The translations under genes and the position numbers were made by a program. Shown here one piece after another: positions 47,305-57,001 of a stretch of DNA of 64,000 nucleotides; within the stretch, counting starts at the first letter, position 1, and every line of letters begins with the position of its first letter. The DNA lies in the IMG/VR virus record IMGVR_UViG_3300008111_000001; one strand, 5' to 3'. This DNA is from a virus. The notes below the pieces were generated by a model. It was not told the DNA's origin. It made no database searches and saw only the letters and a program-made list of their open reading frames with translations.

Positions 47305-48999
47305 TTACCACTTAGATCGTGAATATTTAATTTTGTTATCCAACCATGCTGGACGAGGATTAGCTTCATAATATTTAGAAATAATTTGGCTAGCAGTTCC
47401 CTTAGTCATATCAGATGTGACAGGAACACCAATTCTTTTAAGAAGCTTTTTCTGTGCGTCAGTTGGACCATCAGATCTCCAAGCTGCATCGGAATCAATA
47501 AGCTTTGTATCAAATCTTTTCATTATCCATTTGTCGCTACGAACAAAGGCGTCTCGCATATCTTCAGGATGTCCAAGAAAAGTTGCTTTTAATCCTTCAG
47601 AATTACGGAGCCTATGTTCAACAGTCCATCTTCCAAGAGTATCAACATAAATTCTAAGAGAATTATTATTATCAATACCAAGATGGTAATCGTTTTCTGC
47701 AACCTCGGCCCACACAAAACGAGAATATTGTTGAACAAATTCGTTTGGTGGAGGCGGCATGAAAAGATTAATACGCTTATAAGCTAATTCTATGTCTTCT
47801 GGTTGCAATACTCTAACAGCTTCACCTGGACAATAGTCTTCAAGTTCTCTATATTTCTTTGCTACGTCTGTTAAGGATTGGCCTTGTAAATCGAACTCTG
47901 GAGGTAGACCTAGAAGAGAAGGTAGGCCAATAGGTTTGCGACCCTTTGTGGTGTCGGCAAAATCCAAAATAGTACAATGGGGCTTCCCTTCATATAGCCG
48001 AGTGCCTCGGCCTACAATTTGAGTATACAATAATGTAGAGCGCGTAGGTCTAGCAAGTAAAATTGCTTCTACGGAAGGTTCGTCGAATCCTTCCGTAAGT
48101 ACTCCAACGTTGATGAGCACACGTGTTTGACCGCTAGCAAAACGCGCCAGAATATCTCTACGAGCATCTGAGTCAGTATCACCTAGAATTACCTCTGTAG
48201 CTATTTGCGCTTGCCCAAAGGATAGGGCCAAGTTGTTTGCGTGTTTGACTCCGGCAGCGAAAACAATGGCTTTCGCATTAGGGACCAAATCATTGTAAGC
48301 AGCAACAATGGTAGCGTTACGGCTAGGATTATCAATAGCATCTTGAAGTTGTGATTGAACGTAGTCTCCGTCATTTGTTTGCACTCCTGAAATATCTGTA
48401 TCGGTTTTAATTCTATATCCTACCAAAGGTGATAGGTATCCGTCTTCAATTAAATCTTGAATAGTTTTATAATAAACTATTTCTTGAAAGACGTCTGTAA
48501 GTCTAACACTGTCGCTGCGCTGAGGAGTTGCAGTAACACCAAGAATAAATTCTGTAGAAAAATAATCTATAATACGTCGATAAGACGGAGCTGCTGCATG
48601 ATGAGCTTCGTCAATGACAATAGACTTAAAATAATCTTTAGGATATTTTTCTATGCGTGTTGATTGAGATCTTCCAAGAGTGGGAACACTAGCTACAACA
48701 ACGTCGGCATAACCTGCGTAATTTTCACCTTGTTCAATTTCAATAGAAATATCAGGATTAGACCATGATATTTTATCTTTAGCCTGGTGCAGTAGTTCTT
48801 CTCTATGAGCAAGAACTAGCATAGGGAGGCTGTTTTGTTTAAACTGTGGAAGGTGGGAAAAGATGACGGTTTTGCCTGCACCGGTTGGGAGGACAACAAG
48901 TTGACGGACTGTTCCCTTATTAGCAAAAGAAACAATAGATTCTAGTGCTTCTTGCTGGTATGGTCTAAGCTGCAACATGTTGCCCCCCTTCCGGTTCAA
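47305..48999 (-). CDS. SF2 DEAD/DEAH-box helicase (likely start 48978)
   Basis: LRPYQ, LPTGAGKT, DEAHH, TATPQR, LTEGFDEP, QIVGRGTR. Confidence 0.95.
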   Translation of the reverse strand: MNRKGGNMLQLRPYQQEALESIVSFANKGTVRQLVVLPTGAGKTVIFSHLPQFKQNSLPMLVLAHREELLHQAKDKISWSNPDISIEIEQGENYAGYADVVVASVPTLGRSQSTRIEKYPKDYFKSIVIDEAHHAAAPSYRRIIDYFSTEFILGVTATPQRSDSVRLTDVFQEIVYYKTIQDLIEDGYLSPLVGYRIKTDTDISGVQTNDGDYVQSQLQDAIDNPSRNATIVAAYNDLVPNAKAIVFAAGVKHANNLALSFGQAQIATEVILGDTDSDARRDILARFASGQTRVLINVGVLTEGFDEPSVEAILLARPTRSTLLYTQIVGRGTRLYEGKPHCTILDFADTTKGRKPIGLPSLLGLPPEFDLQGQSLTDVAKKYRELEDYCPGEAVRVLQPEDIELAYKRINLFMPPPPNEFVQQYSRFVWAEVAENDYHLGIDNNNSLRIYVDTLGRWTVEHRLRNSEGLKATFLGHPEDMRDAFVRSDKWIMKRFDTKLIDSDAAWRSDGPTDAQKKLLKRIGVPVTSDMTKGTASQIISKYYEANPRPAWLDNKIKYSRSKW

Positions 49000-49177
49000 C
49001 TATATTCTAATTCTGTTAAATAATATTCAGAGTCCATCAGACGCTTAATTTTTTCTTCAAACTCTTCATCTAAAACAACATGTGATTTTACCACATGAGG
49101 AGTCTGATATTTGTTTGCGCTGCAATTAGTTACAGCAATGTATTTAATATTTTTGTCTTTCATGTTTATTTTCTATA

Positions 49178-49858
49178 TTATTCATAGACTGCACTATAAT
49201 ATGCAATCTTTAGGGAATCAAATATCTGGAGAGATGCTCCAGAATAGCTAAGATAGGATAGGCACTCGTGCACTGTATAGGCAGAAGAGTCTAAGTGGGT
49301 AAACATAAAAAAGAGATTAATCATATCTCTGGTTGCACCTTCATAGTTTGTAGAAAGAAGATTTTCAGTTTCAAACTGATCAGTGCACCATGTAATAGTA
49401 TTATCATCATTTTTGATGTAGGGGAGCTGAATGATGTGACCTTGATATTCAGAAACAACAAAAATCTGTAGACAATCAAGAGTTTGATTTTCAGAATTTT
49501 GAATGATTGAATCTAAAGAAATGATAGCACAACTTGAATCTAAACAGGGGTAAAGATACAGTGCTTCAGCAATTTTAGAAAGAGTGTCAGGAAAAGACTG
49601 TTGAGGAGCTGGAGTAACAGCTACTTGACGAGTATTTTCATTTTTAAAGAATGTTATCATAGGATGATATTTTGCATTACGAGATGTAACTTCCATTAAA
49701 ACATTCTGAAGAATATTAATTTCTTCATCAATGATGGAACATTCTTGTTTAATTTTTTCAAGATCGTATGTCATACTTTTCCTATAAAAGAACCATAGCA
49801 GCACTAAAAAGTGCGTAGGTTCCATAAAGATAAAGAAATAGAGCGGAGAAGAAAACAA
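49178..49858 (-). CDS. hypothetical protein (likely start 49774)
   Basis: long ORF; the first 28 codons overlap the upstream gene. Confidence 0.65.
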   Translation of the reverse strand: MFSSPLYFFIFMEPTHFLVLLWFFYRKSMTYDLEKIKQECSIIDEEINILQNVLMEVTSRNAKYHPMITFFKNENTRQVAVTPAPQQSFPDTLSKIAEALYLYPCLDSSCAIISLDSIIQNSENQTLDCLQIFVVSEYQGHIIQLPYIKNDDNTITWCTDQFETENLLSTNYEGATRDMINLFFMFTHLDSSAYTVHECLSYLSYSGASLQIFDSLKIAYYSAVYE

Positions 49859-50096
49859 GAGGAGTAGGAGCTGTTAACATGATGACAGCAAAAAGGACAG
49901 TTTCTACTGCCCAATAGCTAATCATGGAAGCTGCTTTTGTTTCGTCTTTGCGAAAGAAGGCTACAGACTTTCCTAGAGCTTTACCAAGTTTGTGAAAAAT
50001 ACCTTTCTTTTTCTGAGCAACAGGAATAGCATATGTGTATTTGTTGTCAGAGAAAATAAGAGGTAAATATATAGATATCGAAGAATCGATACTCAC
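49782..50096 (-). CDS. membrane protein
   Basis: two C-terminal TM segments. Confidence 0.6.
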   Translation of the reverse strand: MSIDSSISIYLPLIFSDNKYTYAIPVAQKKKGIFHKLGKALGKSVAFFRKDETKAASMISYWAVETVLFAVIMLTAPTPLVFFSALFLYLYGTYALFSAAMVLL

Positions 50097-50296
50097 GAAA
50101 TATCCTTTCGTTTTTCAATAATTATTTCGTTCAAAGGAAGCCATCCAAACCAGTTTGTTTTAAGGCTTCTGAGAAGAATAGATCCCGGACGATTTGAATT
50201 TTCAATGAATTCAAAATCGGGACCTGTTTCATTAATTCTATTACGGGTACGGCCACTAGCCGTTTGGCCATTCTTCTTGATTGTTAAAATTTTCAT
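50093..50296 (-). CDS. hypothetical protein (3' part of track ORF 50093-50425)
   Basis: in-frame ATG at 50296 avoids a large overlap with 50256-50720. Confidence 0.45.
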   Translation of the reverse strand: MKILTIKKNGQTASGRTRNRINETGPDFEFIENSNRPGSILLRSLKTNWFGWLPLNEIIIEKRKDIS

Positions 50297-50720
50297 GTAA
50301 AATTTGATTGAAGGTTTTTCGTTCTTGCTGTTTACGAGTAATGATTTCATTAATGCCTTCATGAAGTTCTTTAAGATCATCATAAAGTTCATCAGGAATT
50401 TCGATGTCTTTATCAAGTTCATCAATATAATTTTGACGCTGCTGATCGTTCATGTTAATCATCTCATCATATTCGTCAAGCCAAAGGCCAATGCCTAGAG
50501 CATGAGAAAGATCTTCGTCGGTCATTCCACATTCCTGTTGAAGATATTCGAAAGACCTAATAATAGGTTGTTTCTTGCGAAAATCATCTGGATCAGTAAG
50601 ATCAACTTCAAGCAAGAGTTGACGAAAAATCTCTTGCTTGCGACGATAAAGATATAGCATCTTAAATGCATTCATTTTATCTTCATCGAAGTTATTTGGA
50701 ATATATCCATTAATGTCCAT
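50256..50720 (-). CDS. hypothetical acidic helical protein
   Basis: 154 aa, AGGA RBS. Confidence 0.7.
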   Translation of the reverse strand: MDINGYIPNNFDEDKMNAFKMLYLYRRKQEIFRQLLLEVDLTDPDDFRKKQPIIRSFEYLQQECGMTDEDLSHALGIGLWLDEYDEMINMNDQQRQNYIDELDKDIEIPDELYDDLKELHEGINEIITRKQQERKTFNQILHENFNNQEEWPNG

Positions 50721-50721
50721 T

Positions 50722-51330
50722 TTAATATCCTGCTACTTTATAGTCGAGCTGTTCTTCTGTGAGATTTCCATTGGCGCGATCTTGCATAAATTGCTCGTAT
50801 TCATCACGAGTATTTTTAGAGATCTGCCAAACATTAATTCCCCATCGTTCTGGATGAGCATTCTCTACCCAATGAGGATTTTTAGTGTTAAACATGAATA
50901 CTTCACCGCCGGTCAAATCATAACGAGCCGGAGGGACAGACTCGTATAGATTTGGCTGCCAAAAATATTGGTCATTAGAACGCTCATAATACCATGTAAC
51001 TTTACCAAGGTTAATGGACATTCCTTGGTAATCGGCGTAACGCGCATCACGATGACGCTTGATATTACCACCTTTAGTTACAAGGACTGCTTCAGGAGTA
51101 AATCCTTCAGGTGCAATAGAACGAACGTAATTCATAATACGCTCATCTTCGTATCCAACGTGCCATTGAGCGCTAGAGTTAAGAGGAGGAGCAGTTTGTA
51201 TCCACAACTGACGACGACCTTTAGCGGAACCTTTGGGATTAATAATCATATGAGGTAAAATATTTTGATTAAGATAATCAATAATAAGGTTTTGATTTTG
51301 CAAAGAAATTGTCTTAATATATTGTTCCAT
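50722..51330 (-). CDS. 2OG-Fe(II) oxygenase (AlkB-like fold)
   Basis: IKRHRD..SINLG..LTGGEVF.FN...PH.V..RW.I. Confidence 0.7.
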   Translation of the reverse strand: MEQYIKTISLQNQNLIIDYLNQNILPHMIINPKGSAKGRRQLWIQTAPPLNSSAQWHVGYEDERIMNYVRSIAPEGFTPEAVLVTKGGNIKRHRDARYADYQGMSINLGKVTWYYERSNDQYFWQPNLYESVPPARYDLTGGEVFMFNTKNPHWVENAHPERWGINVWQISKNTRDEYEQFMQDRANGNLTEEQLDYKVAGY

Positions 51331-51376
51331 GATTTAGGTCCTAAGGTCTATTGTTTATTTTTTAAATAAGATTGAG

Positions 51377-51420
51377 AAAAGTGTGGAGGGACCCGATAGG
51401 GCGAGTCCCTCCACACTTTT
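51377..51420. terminator. bidirectional terminator hairpin downstream of the polymerase-like gene
   Basis: AAAAGTGTGGAGGGAC ... GTCCCTCCACACTTTT inverted repeat. Confidence 0.8.
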
Positions 51421-51436
51421 GTATGGACAATGTCGC

Positions 51437-54019
51437 TTAGTACAGCGACTTTTCCAGCTTTGTGGAAACAGGCTTGGGGCTGACGAAGACGATAGGAGAC
51501 TGTTCTGCGTGAATCTGTTGGAATTCAAGCGGATCAGTGTATTCGACTTCGATGCCTTCGGCATTCTTCCAGAGCCAGCTCTTCTTGATGTCCGTGACAA
51601 TAGTCATGCGATCTTTGACAAGCTCGCGACGAACAGAAGACGCCATTCCATAGTATTGAAGAGCTTCTTCAAGATACGGAAAGACGAATCGGTTCATCAC
51701 AACCTGATCAGTGATCTTACCAGTAGAGGTGGGATTCTTGATGGATTCCGAATAGAGAGCAATAACAAAGTCATACGAGTCGAGAATTCGCTCATATGAA
51801 TTGATCTTGTCAACAATATTGGAATACAAATGTTCCCACGAAGAGCGCTGGATTGCTCCAGAGCTCTTTGTTACCTCTGTGGAATTGGTATTGTACAGAT
51901 TCATTCTGAACTGACGCAAAACTGGATAAGCATGATGGCGAAGACGATTACCAAGCTTGTGAATCATCTCATCAGGACGTGCGTTCTTCTGAGACCAATC
52001 ACGAATGCTGTTGACATAACGCTTGAAGTAAACGTCACATAACGCATTAAGCTGCGAGATCTTACCTTGATAAAGCTCAACGGTTTCACCACGCTTGAGG
52101 AATCGCTTCATTCCACGCTTGTACCAGAAGTCCTCGTCAATCGGTTTGCCGGATTTGATGACTTCACGCATCATCTGTTCGGCTTCACGATCAATAGCGA
52201 GGACGTCTGCGGCATTGTCGGGGTTGATGCACTTATCGATTGCAGTTTCCAAAGTGCACAATTGGACAGGTCGATGCTTACCAATGACCATGGAATGGGC
52301 CATTGAGGCATTGACGAATCCACCGACGTTGCCACCAGCCATAGCAATCTTGATATCACGAATGACATCATCTTGGGTGTATGGTCCAGTGCGCTTGATC
52401 TTAGGCGCTGCTTCGGAAGGCAATCCAGTATACTGGATCTTGTTCGCAAAGATCGAACTAGACAAGCGAGTGGGCCAGCCACGACCGTTAACTTCGGGGA
52501 ACATGACGGGAGTGCCATCAGCCTTATGCCATGTCGGAGCCCAAGAGCCTTCGACATAGCGGAAGATGGTGTACTCGCCATAGCCGTTCGGTGAACGAGT
52601 AGCTACGACGACTTTCTCTCCGTCAAATTCACCACCTTGCATGGTACGGTAGAAGAGTTTGAAGAAATCATCCTCATCCATGCCACCATGGCTCTCATAC
52701 ATTTCGAGCCAATCAAGGTCATTAACGACGTGACAACCAAGTTCGTTGCAACGAACGATTGTTTCTTCTTCAACGATCATATCATAACCAGCCATGCGAG
52801 CAAGGCTTTCGGGAATGATCTGCTCATATACTGAACAAGGAATAACAATCTTAGATTCCAACGGCTTTGCGTGACTAATAGCAACGGTTTCGAACAACCA
52901 AGGAGATTGAGTAACCTTAAATCCAGCAGCAGTCCAACGATAGCCTACATAGGCCATACGGGCTCGAGCTTCATGCTCTTCTGCTAAATCAACGTTAGAC
53001 TCGGCCTTCTTGGGGTCCTGCCACTTGCGTTGATAGATGTACTTCCAGTTGGTAAGGAGGTTTCCGCTGGTAGCTTGAGCAAACAGCTTCTTGTACTCCT
53101 CTGCAAGCCACATTTCCATGTCACTCTTGCGGAACAATTTAGGAAGGTTGATGACCGTTTGGTCATCTGTAATTACCCGAGACTTAGGTCCTTGCGGTTC
53201 TGCGAGGAACCGATAACCATTGTCGTAGGTAACTTCCTTCTTGATGTTCTCGCGTGAGGTAATGACGTCAATTCCTTCGGGCAAGTCTGCAATAAATGCA
53301 TTACCCTTGAGAATTCCGTCAGCGAAAATGAGTCGAGCATTAACAGCAGTCGAATTGAGAAGATCGTTTACCATCTGCTGGTAAACACGAGGATCATAAT
53401 AATAATCATGATCTTCCATCTTATCCATGGAAAGGTGGAACGGAATGTTCTTAACCGATTCCTGGATAATTCGACGGCTGATAACAAAGCCACCATCTAG
53501 AAGTCGCGCAACGGTCTCAGGCTTAGACAGCCAAGAAGCAACACCGTTTTCGGCGTTGGGATCTTGGAAATCGTAGCGACAATATTCGGTAGACTCAACA
53601 TAACGAATGTTAAGAGTATCGAAGTGAGCGTTGAGCAAAGTGGGGCGATGAAAGGACTTCAATCGCTTGTTAGTCTTGTCGCCGGCATGAACGTTGTAAC
53701 CAAGTTCATTGATAGCGCTCATCCAACCAGTATGGTTGTCCAAGGTGACAAAGACAAGTTTGTTCTTGTCAACAAGGGCATACTGAACCTTAGGGTTGTG
53801 GATGAGAGATACAGCGTAGTCAAACTGCTTCTCATTTGTAGGAATGGGAAGAGTATGAACCTTGTATCCACAAGGGGTTCCTGTAGCTTCAGAAATGTGA
53901 TCAACTACTTGACGAAGGACTCCAGCGTCATAGAAGCCGAAACGATAACGTTCCCCTCCACGGAGAGGACCGTTATATTCGGACTGAAGACGCAGCTTAG
54001 GTGTGTAGATTTCTTCCAT
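51437..54019 (-). CDS. putative single-subunit two-barrel RNA polymerase (YonO/QDE-1 RdRP-like)
   Basis: LLDGGFVIS, NAR..ILKGNA, TSRENIK match the DGxGxIS / QxR..KG / SxxK motifs; acidic GGMDEDD followed by VVVATRSPNGYGEY. Confidence 0.6.
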   Translation of the reverse strand: MEEIYTPKLRLQSEYNGPLRGGERYRFGFYDAGVLRQVVDHISEATGTPCGYKVHTLPIPTNEKQFDYAVSLIHNPKVQYALVDKNKLVFVTLDNHTGWMSAINELGYNVHAGDKTNKRLKSFHRPTLLNAHFDTLNIRYVESTEYCRYDFQDPNAENGVASWLSKPETVARLLDGGFVISRRIIQESVKNIPFHLSMDKMEDHDYYYDPRVYQQMVNDLLNSTAVNARLIFADGILKGNAFIADLPEGIDVITSRENIKKEVTYDNGYRFLAEPQGPKSRVITDDQTVINLPKLFRKSDMEMWLAEEYKKLFAQATSGNLLTNWKYIYQRKWQDPKKAESNVDLAEEHEARARMAYVGYRWTAAGFKVTQSPWLFETVAISHAKPLESKIVIPCSVYEQIIPESLARMAGYDMIVEEETIVRCNELGCHVVNDLDWLEMYESHGGMDEDDFFKLFYRTMQGGEFDGEKVVVATRSPNGYGEYTIFRYVEGSWAPTWHKADGTPVMFPEVNGRGWPTRLSSSIFANKIQYTGLPSEAAPKIKRTGPYTQDDVIRDIKIAMAGGNVGGFVNASMAHSMVIGKHRPVQLCTLETAIDKCINPDNAADVLAIDREAEQMMREVIKSGKPIDEDFWYKRGMKRFLKRGETVELYQGKISQLNALCDVYFKRYVNSIRDWSQKNARPDEMIHKLGNRLRHHAYPVLRQFRMNLYNTNSTEVTKSSGAIQRSSWEHLYSNIVDKINSYERILDSYDFVIALYSESIKNPTSTGKITDQVVMNRFVFPYLEEALQYYGMASSVRRELVKDRMTIVTDIKKSWLWKNAEGIEVEYTDPLEFQQIHAEQSPIVFVSPKPVSTKLEKSLY

Positions 54020-54068
54020 AATAGCCCCTTAAATGTAGTGTCTTGTATTTTGTATGAACAAATAAATA

Positions 54069-54530
54069 CTATGCTTGGTTACGGGAAAGATGGCGAGCTT
54101 TAAAAGCACGATACTTTTCCATATAAATGCGAAGCTTCTCAAGGATAGAACGAGAAGCCCAAATAGGGAAAGTGATGATTCTTAAAATCTTGTAGATAAG
54201 ATGAAGAGTATCTTTGGTGACAGTCTTGGTTTTGTCAGAGTAATACTTGATAAGGTTACCGCCTTTGGCTTGGGCTTCTGGAGAATCATAAGCCCATTCC
54301 AATACGGCATAACCAGGAACTGCGATGACAGTAGAAATGATTGCTGCAGACATGGCAATAAGGCCAGCTGCACCGAACATTATACCCAAGACAAATGACA
54401 AAGAAATAGAGATTGCAAGGTTGACAGCTTTGTTCTTCTTTGCTGCTCTGCGCCAAGCGGGAAACTTGGATGCAAAGGTAAGCTCCACAACCGCTGAAGC
54501 GATTGCGAGCATCATCATAAATGCGAACAT
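54069..54530 (-). CDS. membrane protein
   Basis: three TM segments plus a basic amphipathic C-terminus; GGAG RBS. Confidence 0.7.
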   Translation of the reverse strand: MFAFMMMLAIASAVVELTFASKFPAWRRAAKKNKAVNLAISISLSFVLGIMFGAAGLIAMSAAIISTVIAVPGYAVLEWAYDSPEAQAKGGNLIKYYSDKTKTVTKDTLHLIYKILRIITFPIWASRSILEKLRIYMEKYRAFKARHLSRNQA

Positions 54531-54567
54531 TGATCTCCGATCATAAGTGGTGTTTTTTTGGATATAG

Positions 54568-54615
54568 AAAAAGACGAGGACATCCCCCTCAGTGAGAGGG
54601 CTATCCTCGTCTTTT
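54568..54615. terminator. terminator hairpin
   Basis: AAAAAGACGAGGA ... TCCTCGTCTTTT inverted repeat with inner stem. Confidence 0.75.
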
Positions 54616-54632
54616 GTTTGAACTGTGGATTA

Positions 54633-55145
54633 CTATTTACATCTTGTTGACCATGGTCGCCATCCACAACCGTTACGTTCTTGACTGTATTGCCACATTG
54701 CCCATCCTGCACGCAGATTGGTGTATGGATCAAACAGATCTTCACAGTTGTTTAATATGGATTTTTGTTGCAGCCAACCGTTAGGGTTGTACTTATTCTT
54801 TCTGCACCAATATCCATTTATTTGGATGAGACCACGACTACCTCCATTGGGATCAGACTTATTGAAGGAAAAGGTATTACAGCGAGATTCACGATACATT
54901 ACTTTACTAAGGGTTGGCCATTGAGATTCTGGCCATCCTGCCTGAATAGCAAGGTCGTGATATTCGCCACATTTTCCATAAATAAGTCTGCCTAATTCAG
55001 TCCAATTTACTTGAGAAAAGTCAATCGGAGGATTTGAATTTGCTGGAGAGTAAGCAGATGTGGATTGGTTTGATGTAAATAAAATTCCGGTAGATAATAT
55101 CAATGCGGAAATGATTACCACTAATTTGTTGTTAGTCATAATCAA
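54633..55145 (-). CDS. secreted lytic transglycosylase (SLT/lysozyme-like), paralogue 1
   Basis: signal/TM; VMYRESRC..N..D..GSRGLIQIN..W..LFDPYTNL.A. Confidence 0.85.
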   Translation of the reverse strand: MIMTNNKLVVIISALILSTGILFTSNQSTSAYSPANSNPPIDFSQVNWTELGRLIYGKCGEYHDLAIQAGWPESQWPTLSKVMYRESRCNTFSFNKSDPNGGSRGLIQINGYWCRKNKYNPNGWLQQKSILNNCEDLFDPYTNLRAGWAMWQYSQERNGCGWRPWSTRCK

Positions 55146-55708
55146 TCACCCCATGTTGTTCCAGAAAATCTCCAGGGCTTCCATCCTGAGGTTTGCCACA
55201 GGCGGAGAGCAAATGTTAGATTATACTCTGGGTTAAACATATCGTTGGGGTGGGTCCATCCCATGTCGGAAAGCCACTCTGAATGGATCTGATTAATCTG
55301 GGTTAAACCAGCATCGTGTCCATTCCATGCTTCAGTTGTGCAACGTGACTCACGCCACATTACTTGCTGAAGACGAGGCCATTCCTCTTCAGGCCAGCCA
55401 ACTTTAATGGCAAGATCGTGGTATTCACCACACTTGCCGTATGTTGCTCTGGCCAATGCAACGAAATCTACGCCAGATAAATCTGGAAGTGTAGTCGTTG
55501 TTTGTGGTGGGATGGTTGTTGTTTGTATAGGCGGATTTGTTGTGGTTGTGGCAGGGACTGTTGAAACTGAAGTTAGGGTTTCGCTGGAACCTTTGTCTGA
55601 AGAAAAAGAGACCAGCGTAACAGCAGTTAACAGGACTGCCATGAGACAAGCAAATCCTAATCTATACTGTGATATGTATTGATATATGTGTTTGAACCGA
55701 ATATCCAT
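55142..55708 (-). CDS. secreted lytic transglycosylase (SLT/lysozyme-like), paralogue 2
   Basis: signal/TM, Thr linker; VMWRESRC..N..D.GLTQINQ..MFNPEYNL..GWKPW. Confidence 0.85.
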   Translation of the reverse strand: MDIRFKHIYQYISQYRLGFACLMAVLLTAVTLVSFSSDKGSSETLTSVSTVPATTTTNPPIQTTTIPPQTTTTLPDLSGVDFVALARATYGKCGEYHDLAIKVGWPEEEWPRLQQVMWRESRCTTEAWNGHDAGLTQINQIHSEWLSDMGWTHPNDMFNPEYNLTFALRLWQTSGWKPWRFSGTTWGD

Positions 55709-55885
55709 GGTTCGCTCCTTTCGGTAAGCGGTTCTCGGAACTTCCGAGGACCGTATATCGCAGGTTGCGAAACAAGGTCTACATGCCTAGCTAATTGGCA
55801 GCGGTAAGTTTTTCCTCATTTCACAAGTATCCTTGTTACATGTGGGAATTAGTATCCCGTGCCCGTTAGGGCATGTGTTATTATA

Positions 55886-56071
55886 TCATGGATTAGGTGG
55901 TGTAACAACGTTTTCAGTGGAGTTCTCCTTGTTAAGATTTGTACGGAGAATATCATTAACTTCACTGATTTCAGCAGTGAGGTCTTCAATTCTCTTAGAG
56001 ATCAACACTAAAGACTTTAGCAAATTGGTAAAGTCTTCTCTGAATGCTTTAGTGCTAAAGTAATCAGTCAT
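55886..56071 (-). CDS. small coiled-coil protein
   Basis: 61 aa, AAGGAAG RBS. Confidence 0.55.
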   Translation of the reverse strand: MTDYFSTKAFREDFTNLLKSLVLISKRIEDLTAEISEVNDILRTNLNKENSTENVVTPPNP

Positions 56072-56099
56072 GTTGCTTCCTTATGTACAAATCAGTAGA

Positions 56100-56148
56100 A
56101 AGGAGTGGCATAAGGGTTCCGCCCGCTTATGCACAGCCACTCCTGCGC
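56100..56148. terminator. hairpin, probable terminator
   Basis: AGGAGTGGC-ATAAG...CTTAT..GCCACTCCT inverted repeat. Confidence 0.55.
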
Positions 56149-56198
56149 TTCGTCTTTTTTGAGACGATAGCACAAATAGTACTGAATATATTAGATTA

Positions 56199-56423
56199 TT
56201 ACCAGTCGTGCTGGGTTGTGTTTGGTGTTATTGTGTTGGATGTCACAGCAGCGCGGACAGTGTAGGTTCCACGCTTAACCTTCTCGAAGCGAGAAGGGTT
56301 ATTCTTGATATATGACAACACAGTTGGAAGACTGCACTTTGTAGCCTGCACAAGTGCATTAGTTGTGACAGTCGCTCCAACAATTGTATTGATATACTCT
56401 TCAATAACTTGCTGCTTGGACAT
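56199..56423 (-). CDS. small winged-helix-like protein
   Basis: 74 aa, TTNALVQATKCSLPTVLSYI..FEKVKRGTY; AAGGAG RBS. Confidence 0.65.
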   Translation of the reverse strand: MSKQQVIEEYINTIVGATVTTNALVQATKCSLPTVLSYIKNNPSRFEKVKRGTYTVRAAVTSNTITPNTTQHDW

Positions 56424-56585
56424 AAATACTCCTTAAGTAGGTATATAAGGTTGTATAAAATTGCAAGTGTAATTATAAAGTTTATCAAATTTGTTGCGAT
56501 ATTTATATATGTTGATTACAAATTATATATTTATATGTATGTTAGAGGTTGAACATATATAAATCTGAGCACTCAACAAATTTTG

Positions 56586-56831
56586 TCATTTGTATTCACT
56601 GTCATGACACTCACAAAGAACTCGAAAAAGTTCGGCGGTCTTTAAGTTCATGTCATTCATGATGTTAAGTAGAGAGTAAAATGTCTTCCTAAAGTTAACA
56701 GCTGCGTCAGTGTCAGATGTGAAATTCAGAAGATGAGAATACTGTTGAAGCAAAGATGCTTTATCAGCAATCTGAGAAATGGAATCATAGAAAGTAGATT
56801 CTGATTCCATGAGGGTCATATCGTTTACCAT
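56586..56831 (-). CDS. hypothetical protein
   Basis: 81 aa, AAGG RBS. Confidence 0.6.
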   Translation of the reverse strand: MVNDMTLMESESTFYDSISQIADKASLLQQYSHLLNFTSDTDAAVNFRKTFYSLLNIMNDMNLKTAELFRVLCECHDSEYK

Positions 56832-57001
56832 AAGAACCTTTCTGATTCACATGTTTGTATGAACCAGAGCTGCCGGTTGGTCCCTGCTTGCTTAATGAGA
56901 AGCAAAATGATCTTCGTAAAAGGAGGCTAAACTTAGATCATGAGCATTCTCGCTGGGGGGCAGTGGAGAACGCTCACAGAGACCAACCGACATCTGTTAT
57001 G

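Noticed and set aside
51383-54103. Long plus-strand ORFs antisense to the polymerase-like gene (and 62526-63320 antisense to the 339-aa gene)
   Set aside because: Expected antisense open frames from C/G-ending codon bias; no RBS or protein-like motifs
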